From Escherichia coli (GTDB taxonomy: Bacteria > Pseudomonadota > Gammaproteobacteria > Enterobacterales > Enterobacteriaceae): a DNA stretch of 64,000 nucleotides. The DNA is taken from the NCBI RefSeq assembly GCF_050320075.1, contig NZ_CP190018.1; one strand, given 5' to 3'. Position 1 is the stretch's first letter; each line of letters starts with the position of its first letter. This document shows, in pieces, positions 1-9,245 of this stretch. Under the pieces are notes generated by a model. That model worked only from the letters and a program-made list of their open reading frames with translations, was not told where the DNA came from and searched no databases. A program made the position numbers and the translations under genes.

Positions 1-922
1 CCTGAATGAAACAGAGCAGCAACGTTCCCCATAAGGCCATCGTCAGGTAGGGGCTTATACCGAGAATATTGAAGCCGCTTTCAATAATTTGCAGAAGAAA
101 CAGCGCCAGCACCATACCAATTATCCGCCCGCTGCCGCCGTCCGGATTAACCCCGCCGAGTACTGCCGCGAGGATTGACACCAGCAAGTACGATTCGCCA
201 TAAGAGGCCTTAGCCGAGTTGAGTTTCGACATCATCAAAAATGCCGCTACCGCACAAAGCAAGGCGGAAATGACATAAACCCAAATCAGCACCCGACGAG
301 TGTTAATGCCGGAGTAAAGTGTTGCTCGTTCGTTAGAACCAATCAGATAAATGGATTTACCGAGCGGCGTTTTCTCCAGCAATATCCACAGCCCCAGCGC
401 CACTGCGGCAAACAACCACATCGGTAGCGGAATACCGAACCACTGTGCATGATTCAACCACAGCACCCATGAGGGATAATTGGCAATGGCGCTACCGCCT
501 GTCACCAGAATATTTACCCCTTTGAGCAACGTCATCATCCCGAGTGTTGCAAGAATTGGCGACACTCGAATACCAGCAATCAATACGCCGTTACATAAAC
601 CGATTATCACCGCCGCGCCAGCGCCCGCCAGCAGCGTAGCGACAACCGTAGCAATACCCGGTGGATACTGAGTCGCCACCCACGCCATCACCAGTGAACA
701 GGCGTTAGCAGTGGCTATAATTGACAAGTTAATGCCACCGCAAAGCATGGTCACCGCCATAGCCAACGCCAGAATGCCCAGCACGGGCATTTGCGAAGCG
801 ACGGACTGGAAATTACTTATCGACCAGAAAATCTCCGGCATAGTAATGCTGAACGCGGCAACAGTTAGCACCAGCAGGCCGATCAAGTAAAACTCAACGT
901 TATTACGCCACGATTTTTTCAT
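1..922 (-). CDS. Sugar ABC transporter permease (second permease, 3' part runs off the window start)
   Basis: Hand translation of the minus strand from ATG at 920-922 gives MKKSWRNNVEFYLIGLLVLTVAAF... with multiple hydrophobic helices, open to position 1. Its start overlaps the stop of the upstream permease (ATGA). Confidence 0.6.
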   Translation of the reverse strand, partial: MKKSWRNNVEFYLIGLLVLTVAAFSITMPEIFWSISNFQSVASQMPVLGILALAMAVTMLCGGINLSIIATANACSLVMAWVATQYPPGIATVVATLLAGAGAAVIIGLCNGVLIAGIRVSPILATLGMMTLLKGVNILVTGGSAIANYPSWVLWLNHAQWFGIPLPMWLFAAVALGLWILLEKTPLGKSIYLIGSNERATLYSGINTRRVLIWVYVISALLCAVAAFLMMSKLNSAKASYGESYLLVSILAAVLGGVNPDGGSGRIIGMVLALFLLQIIESGFNILGISPYLTMALWGTLLLCFIQ

Positions 923-1890
923 AGCAGACTCCGGTTCTGATGCTGACTCCACGCCGTGGCGCTAATGCTGGCAACGATGATGATGCCGGTGATCAATGTT
1001 TGCCAGTAAGACGAGACTCCCAATAAATTTAGCCCGTTTTGCATCACTGCCAACAACACCACGCCGAGCAAAGTACCGGTTAACGTGCCGCGCCCGCCGA
1101 GCAAACTAGTGCCGCCAAGCACCACCGCAGCCAGTACTGTCAGCTCATAACCCAGAAGAGAATCGGGGGCGACAGTCATCACCGTCCACGACTGCACTAC
1201 ACCCGCAGCGCCAGACATCAATCCCATATAGCCGTAGACGAAAAGTTGCAGTTTCAGCACGCTAAAGCCGATGCGACTGGCGGATTCACGGTTCCCGCCA
1301 AGGGCATAAATTTTGCGCCCTACACTGGTGAAATTCATGATAAACGCTGTCAGCAGCACCACCGTAATCATGGCGATCAGCGGCAGACCAAGGCCATAGT
1401 CATAGCCGTCAGCATCGGTGTACTTGAACAACATTCCCCCCTGCTCAAACCACGGCGGAAAGTCGTACAGCCACACACCTTTACTCAACCATAACAGCAG
1501 GCCATAGAAAATATTCAGCGTCGAAATGGTGATGATGATAGACGGCACCCGTAGGCGATTAACCAGTAAGGCGTTAATTAAGCCAAGTAAAATGCCGATG
1601 CCGCCCGCCAGTGCAAACGCAACAGCAAAGTTGCCACCAATTTTTTGCAGCAGCAGCACCATGCCGTATTGCGCAATGATGGTCATTGCCGGAAACGAAA
1701 TATCAATCCCACCGGAAATTAACACCACAAACAAACCACAGGCGAGAATAGTCAACATGGCATAGTTATTGGCGAGATCGTACAAATTACCGAATGTCAG
1801 AAACTCGTCGCTGCGCCAGGCAAGGCCAACAAACAGCACCACAATCAGTAATGCCAGCCAGAATTCATGGCGTTTTTTCAGTTCAGCCAT
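919..1890 (-). CDS. Sugar ABC transporter permease (RbsC/LsrC-like), 323 aa
   Basis: ORF-track protein is strongly hydrophobic and multi-helical with the typical permease core. It overlaps the ATPase stop by 8 nt, consistent with an operon. Confidence 0.75.
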   Translation of the reverse strand: MAELKKRHEFWLALLIVVLFVGLAWRSDEFLTFGNLYDLANNYAMLTILACGLFVVLISGGIDISFPAMTIIAQYGMVLLLQKIGGNFAVAFALAGGIGILLGLINALLVNRLRVPSIIITISTLNIFYGLLLWLSKGVWLYDFPPWFEQGGMLFKYTDADGYDYGLGLPLIAMITVVLLTAFIMNFTSVGRKIYALGGNRESASRIGFSVLKLQLFVYGYMGLMSGAAGVVQSWTVMTVAPDSLLGYELTVLAAVVLGGTSLLGGRGTLTGTLLGVVLLAVMQNGLNLLGVSSYWQTLITGIIIVASISATAWSQHQNRSLL

Positions 1891-3382
1891 TTACCACCTC
1901 CGCAATCCTGGCCTGAGAACTGCTGTCAGGCAGGAAGCTATGGGTGATCTGACCTTTTTGCATTACCAAAATCCGGTGGCTTTGATACCACGCTTCTTCA
2001 ATTTCATCGCAGATCATCAATACCGCAATGCCATGAGCCGCCAGATCGCTGATAATGCCGTATATTCCTGCTTTGTTGGCGATATCAACACCGATAGTCG
2101 GGCTATCGAGAATCAACAGTCGTGGCCCAATCGCCAGCCATTTGGCGATCGATACTCGCTGCGCGTTACCCCCAGAAAGCGTATTCACCGGGAGATGTGG
2201 GTCAGAGACTTTGATGGTCAATGCCTTGATTAGCCTGTCCACCAGGTCACGCACTTTAGCTTCACTCAGAAAGCCGAAGCGATCTTTTACCTTGTGAAAA
2301 ACAGTGCTAATGATGTTGTCTTCAATAGATTGCGCCATCACCAAACCGCGCGACATGCGATCTTCCGAAACATAACCAATACCGTGGCGGATGGCGTCCT
2401 GGTTACTATGCAGTGTAACCAGCTGGCCGTTGATGAGGATCTCGCCAGCATCCGGTCGGGTCATACCAAACAGACTCAGACATAATTCCGTGCGCCCCGC
2501 ACCAAGCAGGCCAACAATCGACACCACTTCGCCCGCTTCCACCCGCAAGTTAATATTTTGATATTCCCCATGACGACTTAAATTACGCACCTCCAGCACT
2601 GGGATGCTGGATTTTCCCTGCCACAACTCTCGCACCTGATATTCAAACTCCTGGCCGGTCATCAGGAAACCGAGTTGTTTTGTGGTCATCTCTGCAGCCG
2701 GAAAGGTCCCGACCAGCTCACCATCTTTCAGCACTGAAATACGGTCGGAAACTTCCATCACTTCTTCCAGACGATGACTGACGAAGACCACGCAGATCCC
2801 GCGTTCCCGCAATTGATGCACCACCTGTAATAACCCTTGCACTTCCTGATGGGTCAGCGAAGCGGTTGGTTCATCCATCACGATCAACCGTGCGTCCTGC
2901 GCCAGTGCACGGCAAATTGCCACCAGCTGACAGCGGGCAATTGAAAGCTCAGAAACGAGCGTATCCAGTGGCAATGTGACGTTAATACTGGTCATTGCCG
3001 CCTGCGCCACCTCACGCAGACGACGGCGGTTAACAAACAGACCGTGGTGATAGTGATTCACGGCGATATTCTCCCAGACACTCAGGTTAGGAAATAAAGA
3101 GAGGTCCTGATAAATCACCTGAATCCCCTGCGCCACCGAAGCGGCGGGTGTCAGCTTTGACCAGTTTTTCCCACCAAGCGTAATTTCCGCTCCCTCATCC
3201 GGGCGATAAACACCGGACATAATTTTAATCAACGTCGATTTACCACAGCCGTTTTGCCCGGCAAGGCAGTGCACCTCACCCGACATAAAGTCGAGAGAAA
3301 CATCGCGCAGCGCTCGCGTGGCATGAAACGTTTTGTTGATATGACGAAGGGAAAGGAAGGTTTCCATAGCATCCCCTGGCAA
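1883..3382 (-). CDS. Sugar ABC transporter ATP-binding protein with duplicated ABC domains, about 494-499 aa
   Basis: Two nucleotide-binding domains are visible: Walker A GQNGCGKST in the N-terminal half, a second P-loop GLLGAGRTE, and signature-like LSGGNAQ. The start may be the internal METFLSL (3367). Confidence 0.8.
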   Translation of the reverse strand: MPGDAMETFLSLRHINKTFHATRALRDVSLDFMSGEVHCLAGQNGCGKSTLIKIMSGVYRPDEGAEITLGGKNWSKLTPAASVAQGIQVIYQDLSLFPNLSVWENIAVNHYHHGLFVNRRRLREVAQAAMTSINVTLPLDTLVSELSIARCQLVAICRALAQDARLIVMDEPTASLTHQEVQGLLQVVHQLRERGICVVFVSHRLEEVMEVSDRISVLKDGELVGTFPAAEMTTKQLGFLMTGQEFEYQVRELWQGKSSIPVLEVRNLSRHGEYQNINLRVEAGEVVSIVGLLGAGRTELCLSLFGMTRPDAGEILINGQLVTLHSNQDAIRHGIGYVSEDRMSRGLVMAQSIEDNIISTVFHKVKDRFGFLSEAKVRDLVDRLIKALTIKVSDPHLPVNTLSGGNAQRVSIAKWLAIGPRLLILDSPTIGVDIANKAGIYGIISDLAAHGIAVLMICDEIEEAWYQSHRILVMQKGQITHSFLPDSSSQARIAEVVNG

Positions 3383-3415
3383 TAAGAATCGGGGCTTTCG
3401 CCCCGAAGAAATGGA

Positions 3416-4213
3416 TTAATAAAGTGAGTCGATATTGTCTTTGTTGACCAGTAATACCTTATGGAAACGGATAATTCGCTTATCCATATCTACGTCGGCC
3501 TTACCGAGATTCTCCATTTCTAATCCAGGTTTGATCTCTTCACCCTTCAGCAACGTGCTGGCGACGGCCGCGAGTGCGTAACCTGCAGAGGCCGGATCGT
3601 AAGTAATCCCTTCGGTGATATCACCACTTTTAATCAGTGATGCCGCCTGTGAAGGGATCATCATGCCATAGACTGCGACTTTATTTTTCGCCCGTTTCTC
3701 TTTCACTGCACGTCCCGCGCCAATCGGACCGTTTGAACCAAAGGAGACAACCGCTTTCAAGTCAGGATAGGTTTTCATCAGGTCCAGTGTGGTACGACGT
3801 GAGTCATCCACACTCTCGGCAACCGGCATGCGGCGGGTAACTTCATGCATATCCGGGTAATGCTCTTTCTGGTATTTCACCAGCAAGTCAGCCCATAAGT
3901 TATGCTGCGGCACGGTCAAACTACCCACGTAAATCACATAGCCGCCCTTGCCACCCATGCGTTTCGCCATATGCTCAACATATTCAGCGGCAAATTTTTC
4001 GTTATCAATGATTTCGATATCCCAGTTAGCACTTGGCTGACCGGGGGATTCGTTGGTCAGAACCACAATTCCGGCATCTCGCGCTTTTTTGAATACCGGT
4101 TCCAGCACGTTGGCATCGTTTGGCACAATTGTAATTGCATTAACCTTACGGGCGATTAAATCCTCAATGATTTTAACCTGTTGCGGAGCATCAGTACTTG
4201 AAGGCCCCACCTG
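3416..4213 (-). pseudogene. Periplasmic sugar-binding protein (LsrB/RbsB family), C-terminal fragment cut off by IS150
   Basis: The ORF runs right up to the IS150 left end. The translation continues the N-terminal fragment at 5657..5849 once IS150 and one copy of the CCTG duplication are removed (987 nt, 328 aa). The track start is a GTG created at the junction. Confidence 0.8.
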
Positions 4214-4260
4214 TGTACTGCACCCATTTTGTTGGACGATGAAATGGAATAGCCCCTAAT

Positions 4261-4782
4261 ATGTCAAAGCCAAAATACCCTTTTGAAAAGCGCCTTGAAG
4301 TCGTGAATCACTACTTCACAACTGATGATGGTTACAGGATCATCTCGGCACGTTTTGGTGTCCCCCGAACCCAGGTCAGGACATGGGTTGCCCTCTATGA
4401 AAAACATGGAGAAAAAGGTTTAATTCCCAAACCTAAAGGCGTTAGTGCTGATCCAGAGTTGCGTATTAAGGTCGTGAAAGCTGTGATCGAGCAGCACATG
4501 TCCCTTAATCAGGCTGCTGCTCACTTTATGCTTGCTGGTAGTGGTTCTGTAGCCAGGTGGCTGAAGGTCTATGAAGAGCGCGGAGAAGCTGGTTTACGCG
4601 CGCTCAAGATTGGCACCAAAAGAAACATTGCAATATCAGTTGATCCAGAAAAAGCGGCATCAGCATTGGAGCTGTCAAAAGACCGACGCATTGAGGATCT
4701 TGAAAGGCAAGTTCGATTTCTTGAAACGCGGCTTATGTATCTAAAAAAGCTGAAAGCCTTAGCTCATCCCACGAAAAAGTAA
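4261..4782 (+). CDS. insJ: IS150 OrfA (InsJ), HTH DNA-binding transposase subunit, 173 aa
   Basis: Protein MSKPKYPFEKRLEVVNHYFTTDDGYRIISARFGVPRTQVRTWV... is recognised as IS150 InsJ. The A AAA AAG frameshift heptamer lies at 4743-4749 near its 3' end. Confidence 0.9.
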   Translation: MSKPKYPFEKRLEVVNHYFTTDDGYRIISARFGVPRTQVRTWVALYEKHGEKGLIPKPKGVSADPELRIKVVKAVIEQHMSLNQAAAHFMLAGSGSVARWLKVYEERGEAGLRALKIGTKRNIAISVDPEKAASALELSKDRRIEDLERQVRFLETRLMYLKKLKALAHPTKK

Positions 4783-5630
4783 AAGTACTCAACGAGCTAA
4801 GGCAGTTTTATCCTCTTGATGAGCTTCTCAGGGCTGCGGAGATACCGCGCAGTACGTTTTATTACCATCTAAAGGCTCTCAGCAAGCCTGACAAGTATGC
4901 GGACGTTAAAAAGCGTATTGGTGAGATTTATCACGAGAATAGAGGCCGATACGGATACCGTAGGGTAACGCTGTCTCTTCATCGAGAAGGGAAACAGATT
5001 AACCATAAAGCTGTTCAGCGCCTGATGGGAACCCTCTCACTTAAAGCAGCGATTAAGGTCAAGCGATACCGCTCTTACAGAGGAGAGGTAGGGCAAACCG
5101 CCCCTAATGTTCTCCAAAGAGATTTCAAGGCTACGCGGCCAAACGAGAAGTGGGTTACCGATGTTACTGAATTTGTAGTCAATGGGCGCAAGCTGTATTT
5201 GTCTCCAGTAATAGATCTCTTCAACAACGAAGTTATTTCTTACAGCCTTTCGGAAAGACCAGTGATGAACATGGTTGAGAATATGCTCGATCAGGCATTC
5301 AAAAAGCTTAATCCTCACGAGCATCCTGTTCTGCACTCTGACCAGGGATGGCAGTATCGTATGAGAAGATATCAAAATATCCTTAAAGAACATGGTATTA
5401 AACAAAGCATGTCCAGAAAAGGCAATTGTCTGGATAATGCTGTGGTGGAGTGTTTCTTTGGAACCTTAAAGTCGGAGTGTTTTTATCTTGATGAGTTCAG
5501 TAATATAAGCGAACTGAAGGATGCTGTTACGGAATATATTGAATACTACAACAGCAGAAGAATTAGCCTGAAATTAAAAGGTCTGACTCCAATTGAATAT
5601 CGGAATCAGACCTATATGCCTCGTGTTTAA
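4743..5630 (+). CDS. insK: IS150 OrfB (InsK) integrase-core reading frame, made as an OrfAB fusion by -1 frameshift
   Basis: The -1 frame is open from the slippery site to 5630 and reads ...[32 protein letters not shown]...DVTEF...HSDQGWQY...LKSE (DDE motif). The track lists only the ATG-initiated part, 5025..5630. Confidence 0.85.
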   Translation, partial: KKAESLSSSHEKVKVLNELRQFYPLDELLRAAEIPRSTFYYHLKALSKPDKYADVKKRIGEIYHENRGRYGYRRVTLSLHREGKQINHKAVQRLMGTLSLKAAIKVKRYRSYRGEVGQTAPNVLQRDFKATRPNEKWVTDVTEFVVNGRKLYLSPVIDLFNNEVISYSLSERPVMNMVENMLDQAFKKLNPHEHPVLHSDQGWQYRMRRYQNILKEHGIKQSMSRKGNCLDNAVVECFFGTLKSECFYLDEFSNISELKDAVTEYIEYYNSRRISLKLKGLTPIEYRNQTYMPRV

Positions 5631-5656
5631 CTGTCCAACTTTTTGGGGTCAGTACA

Positions 5657-5849
5657 CCTGTGAGGCATTAACACCAAAGGCTTTACCCGCCTCGACCACA
5701 CCTTCGCCCATGCGATTAAACCACGGCATACCATCGACTTTAGAGATATTCACCACGACTTTTTCCGCTGCCTGGAGCGGCGCAGAAATTAGCGCAGCGC
5801 CTAATAACAGCGAAGACACCATATTGATAACAAAACGTTTATTCATCAT
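5657..5849 (-). pseudogene. Periplasmic sugar-binding protein (LsrB/RbsB family), N-terminal fragment with signal peptide
   Basis: MMNKRFVINMVSSLLLGAALISAPLQAAEKVVVNISKVDGMPWFNRMGEGVVEAGKAFGVNASQVY: signal peptide followed by an LsrB-like N-terminal motif. It ends at the IS150 right end. Confidence 0.8.
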
Positions 5850-6099
5850 TTCAGCCTCATTGCAGGGTAGTCAGGAAGTGTTCGCCCAAATTAGCGCGCT
5901 GGAGAGAATAAGAATTTTCGAATATTTTTATGCAGAATAAACAGCCCTATTTCAGGCAGCTATTAAAAATTTGGTTATAAATATGGACAAAACGGGCAGT
6001 AACAATAAGTGTGACAATCATCACGTAAAAAACAGCAAAATAAACAAAATTAGCGATACTTTATGTTTGTGAGCTTATTTCGCGTAGAAAAATAGTTAT

Positions 6100-6510
6100 C
6101 TACACAACGTCAATAAGGGCATATTCTTCAAAGATAACGTCCATTTCTGGTGAATAGCATCCTTCTGTCTGGAAAAAACGACGGTGTTCATTACGCCAAT
6201 ATTCAAGACTGAGGTCACCTTCACCTTCCTTACGGGCAAGCTCTGCGGTGACATCAGAAAAGCGCAGTAAATGCAGGCCAATCACTCTGATAACACAGAC
6301 AGGCTCACCACGGCTATTTCCTACTATCTTATACTCACCAATCATCGGAAATGCGTTGTCTTCAATACATCCCGCCAGCGAACCACAGGAAGCTGTTTTA
6401 ACACCTGTCGCAATCAACGTTGCGAGGTGATCGGCCAACGCTGCTGAATCGCCAAAAGTACAAAAGGAAGCATGGGGATATTTTTGTGAGATTTTTTCTT
6501 TTATGGTCAT
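6100..6510 (-). CDS. ASCH-domain (PUA-like) protein, about 136 aa
   Basis: The ORF resembles small ASCH proteins such as YqfB (LIATGVKTASCGS ... GEPVCVIRVIG ... TAELARKEG). Start assumed at internal MTIKEKIS; the track start is 6543. Confidence 0.45.
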   Translation of the reverse strand: MTIKEKISQKYPHASFCTFGDSAALADHLATLIATGVKTASCGSLAGCIEDNAFPMIGEYKIVGNSRGEPVCVIRVIGLHLLRFSDVTAELARKEGEGDLSLEYWRNEHRRFFQTEGCYSPEMDVIFEEYALIDVV

Positions 6511-6807
6511 GAGAATATTTTCGCGATTACGGAAAAAAATCACATCTTAATTACTGTTGATAACCATCAGCAAGAGGATCATTGGTTTTTCTATGTTTAA
6601 TCTTTTTTATCCGAAGCCGGTCACATTTATGGCTTGATAAATACCTTTGTTAAAACTCACTTTTGTGTATTTCTCTCAAATAATCCCCTGGAAATTATGC
6701 CGGGAGATTATAAAGTTCAGGATCATTCATTAGCAAACCATTGCTGCCCCACTCCCTGGGGCTTTAAATCTCTTACGATTCACCATTGCAGGCGTTTCAA
6801 ATGCGTA

Positions 6808-8190
6808 TCAACCTGCCACACTCCCCCACACCAGTTGCCCTTTATGGAACGTCGCCGTTCTCGGCGAGATACGCGCCACCGCCTCGGCGGAACAGGAGGC
6901 GTCCACCAGCACAAAGCTGGCATCATCCTGCGCTTTGGGCCACACGCGCTCGCCTTTTTCGTTGAGCGGCAATACATCGCCAGTGGCTAAAAACAGCGAG
7001 CGGGAGAGGTTCTGTTCGTTAGGACGAATATAGAGCTGCGCGTACAGATTGGCTTTTTCCAGCATGTCGCCCAGGCCGTAAGGCGACCAGTGGTCGATAA
7101 CGCTGTCGGTGCCGGTCATCACTTTTACGCCTTTGTCGTGCAACTGTTTGAGCGGCATATGCAGCGTGCCAATCGGCACCGTCGAGGCGATAGAAATTTG
7201 CTGCGCCGCCATCCGGTGCGCCAGTTCATCTACCTGTTGCTCATTGAGCGTTGCCAGCGCAAAGGCGTGGCTGATGGTCAGCTTGCCCTTCAGTTGCGGC
7301 GTTTTCTCCACCGTTTCAACCATATAATTGATGGCTGCCACGCCTGCCGGAGTGGTTTCGTGCAGGTGAATATCAACGCCTTTGTCGTAGTCCAGCGCAA
7401 TCTGGAACATGGTGTCGAGGGATTTTTCCATCGCGCCATCAACACTGGTCGGGTCCAGCCCGCCGACGTAATGCGCCCCCGCCTGCATCGCTTCGCGCAT
7501 TAAGGGTTCTGATTTCGACAGCAGCAAACCGTGCTGCGGGAAGGCGACAATTTCACACTCGAAGCCCGCCTGACGTCGCGCCAGAACCGCCTGCAAATTT
7601 TGCAGATTTTTCAGGCCGGAAACCGGTTCGATATTGCAGTGGCTGCGGGAAATGGTAGTGCCTTTCGACTGCAATAAATCAATCAGTTTTTCCGCCCTTT
7701 CCTGAGTGTACGGTTGCAACTCCGGCAGCATTTTCTGCTCGAGTTTGATCATGTCCTGGATGGTGGTGCATGCCGGACGATTGAGCGAGCGCCACGGCCC
7801 GCCGTAGAAGGTTTTGTCGAGATGAATATGCATGTCGCGGGTGGTGGGCAGCATCAGCTTACCGCCAGCGTCATAGTGCGGCAGCGTGGCGTCCGGATGC
7901 TGATTGTTCTCGCGCAGTGCAACAATTTTGCCGTTCTGAATTTCCACAGTCTGGCGCGCCGTGCGGGTCTGCACCGCCACGCCATTTTCGTAGTCAAAAC
8001 CGGTTTCCAGCAACACGTTGTCGAGATAGTAGTGCGGGTCAGTGATTTTCATGGTGTTATTCGCGTCGCAGTGGGTTGTGCCAGAGACTGCCGCATGGGC
8101 GAGCGGCACAGAGGTACCAAACAGCGCGGCGGCGGTGACCATCTTACCGCTCTGGCTCAGAAACTCACGGCGGCTATTGCTTTCTTTCAT
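6808..8190 (-). CDS. yahJ: Metal-dependent amidohydrolase/deaminase with a twin-arginine signal peptide, 460 aa
   Basis: N-terminus MKESNSRREFLSQSGKMVTAAALFGTSVPLAHA has an SRRxFL Tat motif and an AxA cleavage site. The body carries amidohydrolase-like HxH and metal-ligand motifs. Length and context match YahJ. Confidence 0.75.
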   Translation of the reverse strand: MKESNSRREFLSQSGKMVTAAALFGTSVPLAHAAVSGTTHCDANNTMKITDPHYYLDNVLLETGFDYENGVAVQTRTARQTVEIQNGKIVALRENNQHPDATLPHYDAGGKLMLPTTRDMHIHLDKTFYGGPWRSLNRPACTTIQDMIKLEQKMLPELQPYTQERAEKLIDLLQSKGTTISRSHCNIEPVSGLKNLQNLQAVLARRQAGFECEIVAFPQHGLLLSKSEPLMREAMQAGAHYVGGLDPTSVDGAMEKSLDTMFQIALDYDKGVDIHLHETTPAGVAAINYMVETVEKTPQLKGKLTISHAFALATLNEQQVDELAHRMAAQQISIASTVPIGTLHMPLKQLHDKGVKVMTGTDSVIDHWSPYGLGDMLEKANLYAQLYIRPNEQNLSRSLFLATGDVLPLNEKGERVWPKAQDDASFVLVDASCSAEAVARISPRTATFHKGQLVWGSVAG

Positions 8191-8199
8191 CTTACGTCC

Positions 8200-9150
8200 T
8201 TACGTTTTAATAATATGGGTGCCCGTTTCACCGCGCAGCGCCGCAAGCAGGCATTCCGGCGTGGTGATAATCACTTCTTTGCCGCCCTGTTCCAGGAACG
8301 TCAGGCTGGCGATGATTTTTGGCAACATGCTGCCAGGCGGAAAATGCCCTTCCTGCATATAGCGGGTCATGGTGGCAATATCCACCCGATCGAGCGCCTG
8401 CTGCTGCGGTTTGCCAAAGTGAATACACACTTTTTCGACGCCAGTGGTGATCACCAGAATGTCGGCGTGAATTTCACGGGCCAATAGCGCGGTAGAGAGA
8501 TCTTTGTCGATAACCGCGTCCACGCTTTGGTAATCCCCCGCTTCACTGCACACCACCGGAATTCCGCCACCGCCCGCGCCAATCACCACAAAGCCTTGTT
8601 GGATCAGCGCCTTAATGGCAGGTGCTTCTACAATACGTTGCGGTTCCGGCGAGGCGACCACGCGGCGATAGCCCCGTCCGGCATCTTCAACAAAACGCCA
8701 GTCAGGGTTTGCCTTTTGTAATTCGTCACGCTGGCTGTCACTAAAGAATGCGCCGATGGGCTTGGTGGGATGAGCAAAACCCGGATCGTTTTTATCCACT
8801 TCCACCTGAGTCACCACGGTGACGGCTTTTTTCTCGCCATGACGCGCCAGTCGGTTGTTCAGCGCCTGTTGGATCAAGTAGCCAATGCCGCCTTGCGTAT
8901 CCGCCACACAGTTCGCCAGCGGCGTTAAGGGCAGCCCTTCGCGCTCGTGGGCAATCTCCGCGCGGCGTAAATCCAAACCGACCTGCGGTCCGTTGCCGTG
9001 GGTCAGCACAATGTCGTAATCGGAAGCCAGCATTTCCAGCACCGTATCGGCGACGGCTTTCACCGCCTCCGCCTGATGCTCAATCGACTGGCTGGCGTTA
9101 TCTTTGATAATGCTGTTGCCACCAATGGCAACGACCACAAGTTCTTTCAT
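8200..9150 (-). CDS. yahI: Carbamate kinase, 316 aa
   Basis: MKELVVVAIGGNSII... and the amino-acid-kinase fold are typical of carbamate kinase. Start taken at the internal ATG, giving 316 aa; the track ORF extends to 9267. Confidence 0.8.
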   Translation of the reverse strand: MKELVVVAIGGNSIIKDNASQSIEHQAEAVKAVADTVLEMLASDYDIVLTHGNGPQVGLDLRRAEIAHEREGLPLTPLANCVADTQGGIGYLIQQALNNRLARHGEKKAVTVVTQVEVDKNDPGFAHPTKPIGAFFSDSQRDELQKANPDWRFVEDAGRGYRRVVASPEPQRIVEAPAIKALIQQGFVVIGAGGGGIPVVCSEAGDYQSVDAVIDKDLSTALLAREIHADILVITTGVEKVCIHFGKPQQQALDRVDIATMTRYMQEGHFPPGSMLPKIIASLTFLEQGGKEVIITTPECLLAALRGETGTHIIKT

Positions 9151-9245
9151 ATTGTTATGTCCGCTACAGAGGGTGATGGGGTTATGAGAGTGAGGTTGCC
9201 CCTCTCCCCAGAAGGAAGAAGGGATCGTAAGGTGCAGTTGGAGGG

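Larger units (their letters stand above)
4214..5656 (+). mobile_element. IS150 (IS3 family), complete 1443-bp copy
   Basis: Terminal inverted repeats TGTACTGCACCCATTTTGTTGGACGATG (left) and ...GGGGTCAGTACA (right). Direct repeat CCTG at 4210-4213 and 5657-5660. orfA and orfB present with an A AAA AAG slippery site. Confidence 0.9.

Noticed and set aside
5037-5405. 122-aa minus-strand ORF inside IS150.
   Set aside because: It is antisense to the transposase OrfB frame, and IS150 is not known to encode a third protein.
7714-8487. 257-aa plus-strand ORF overlapping yahJ and yahI.
   Set aside because: It is antisense to two well-supported genes, has no recognisable motifs and has Arg/His-rich composition typical of reverse-frame artefacts in GC-rich coding DNA.
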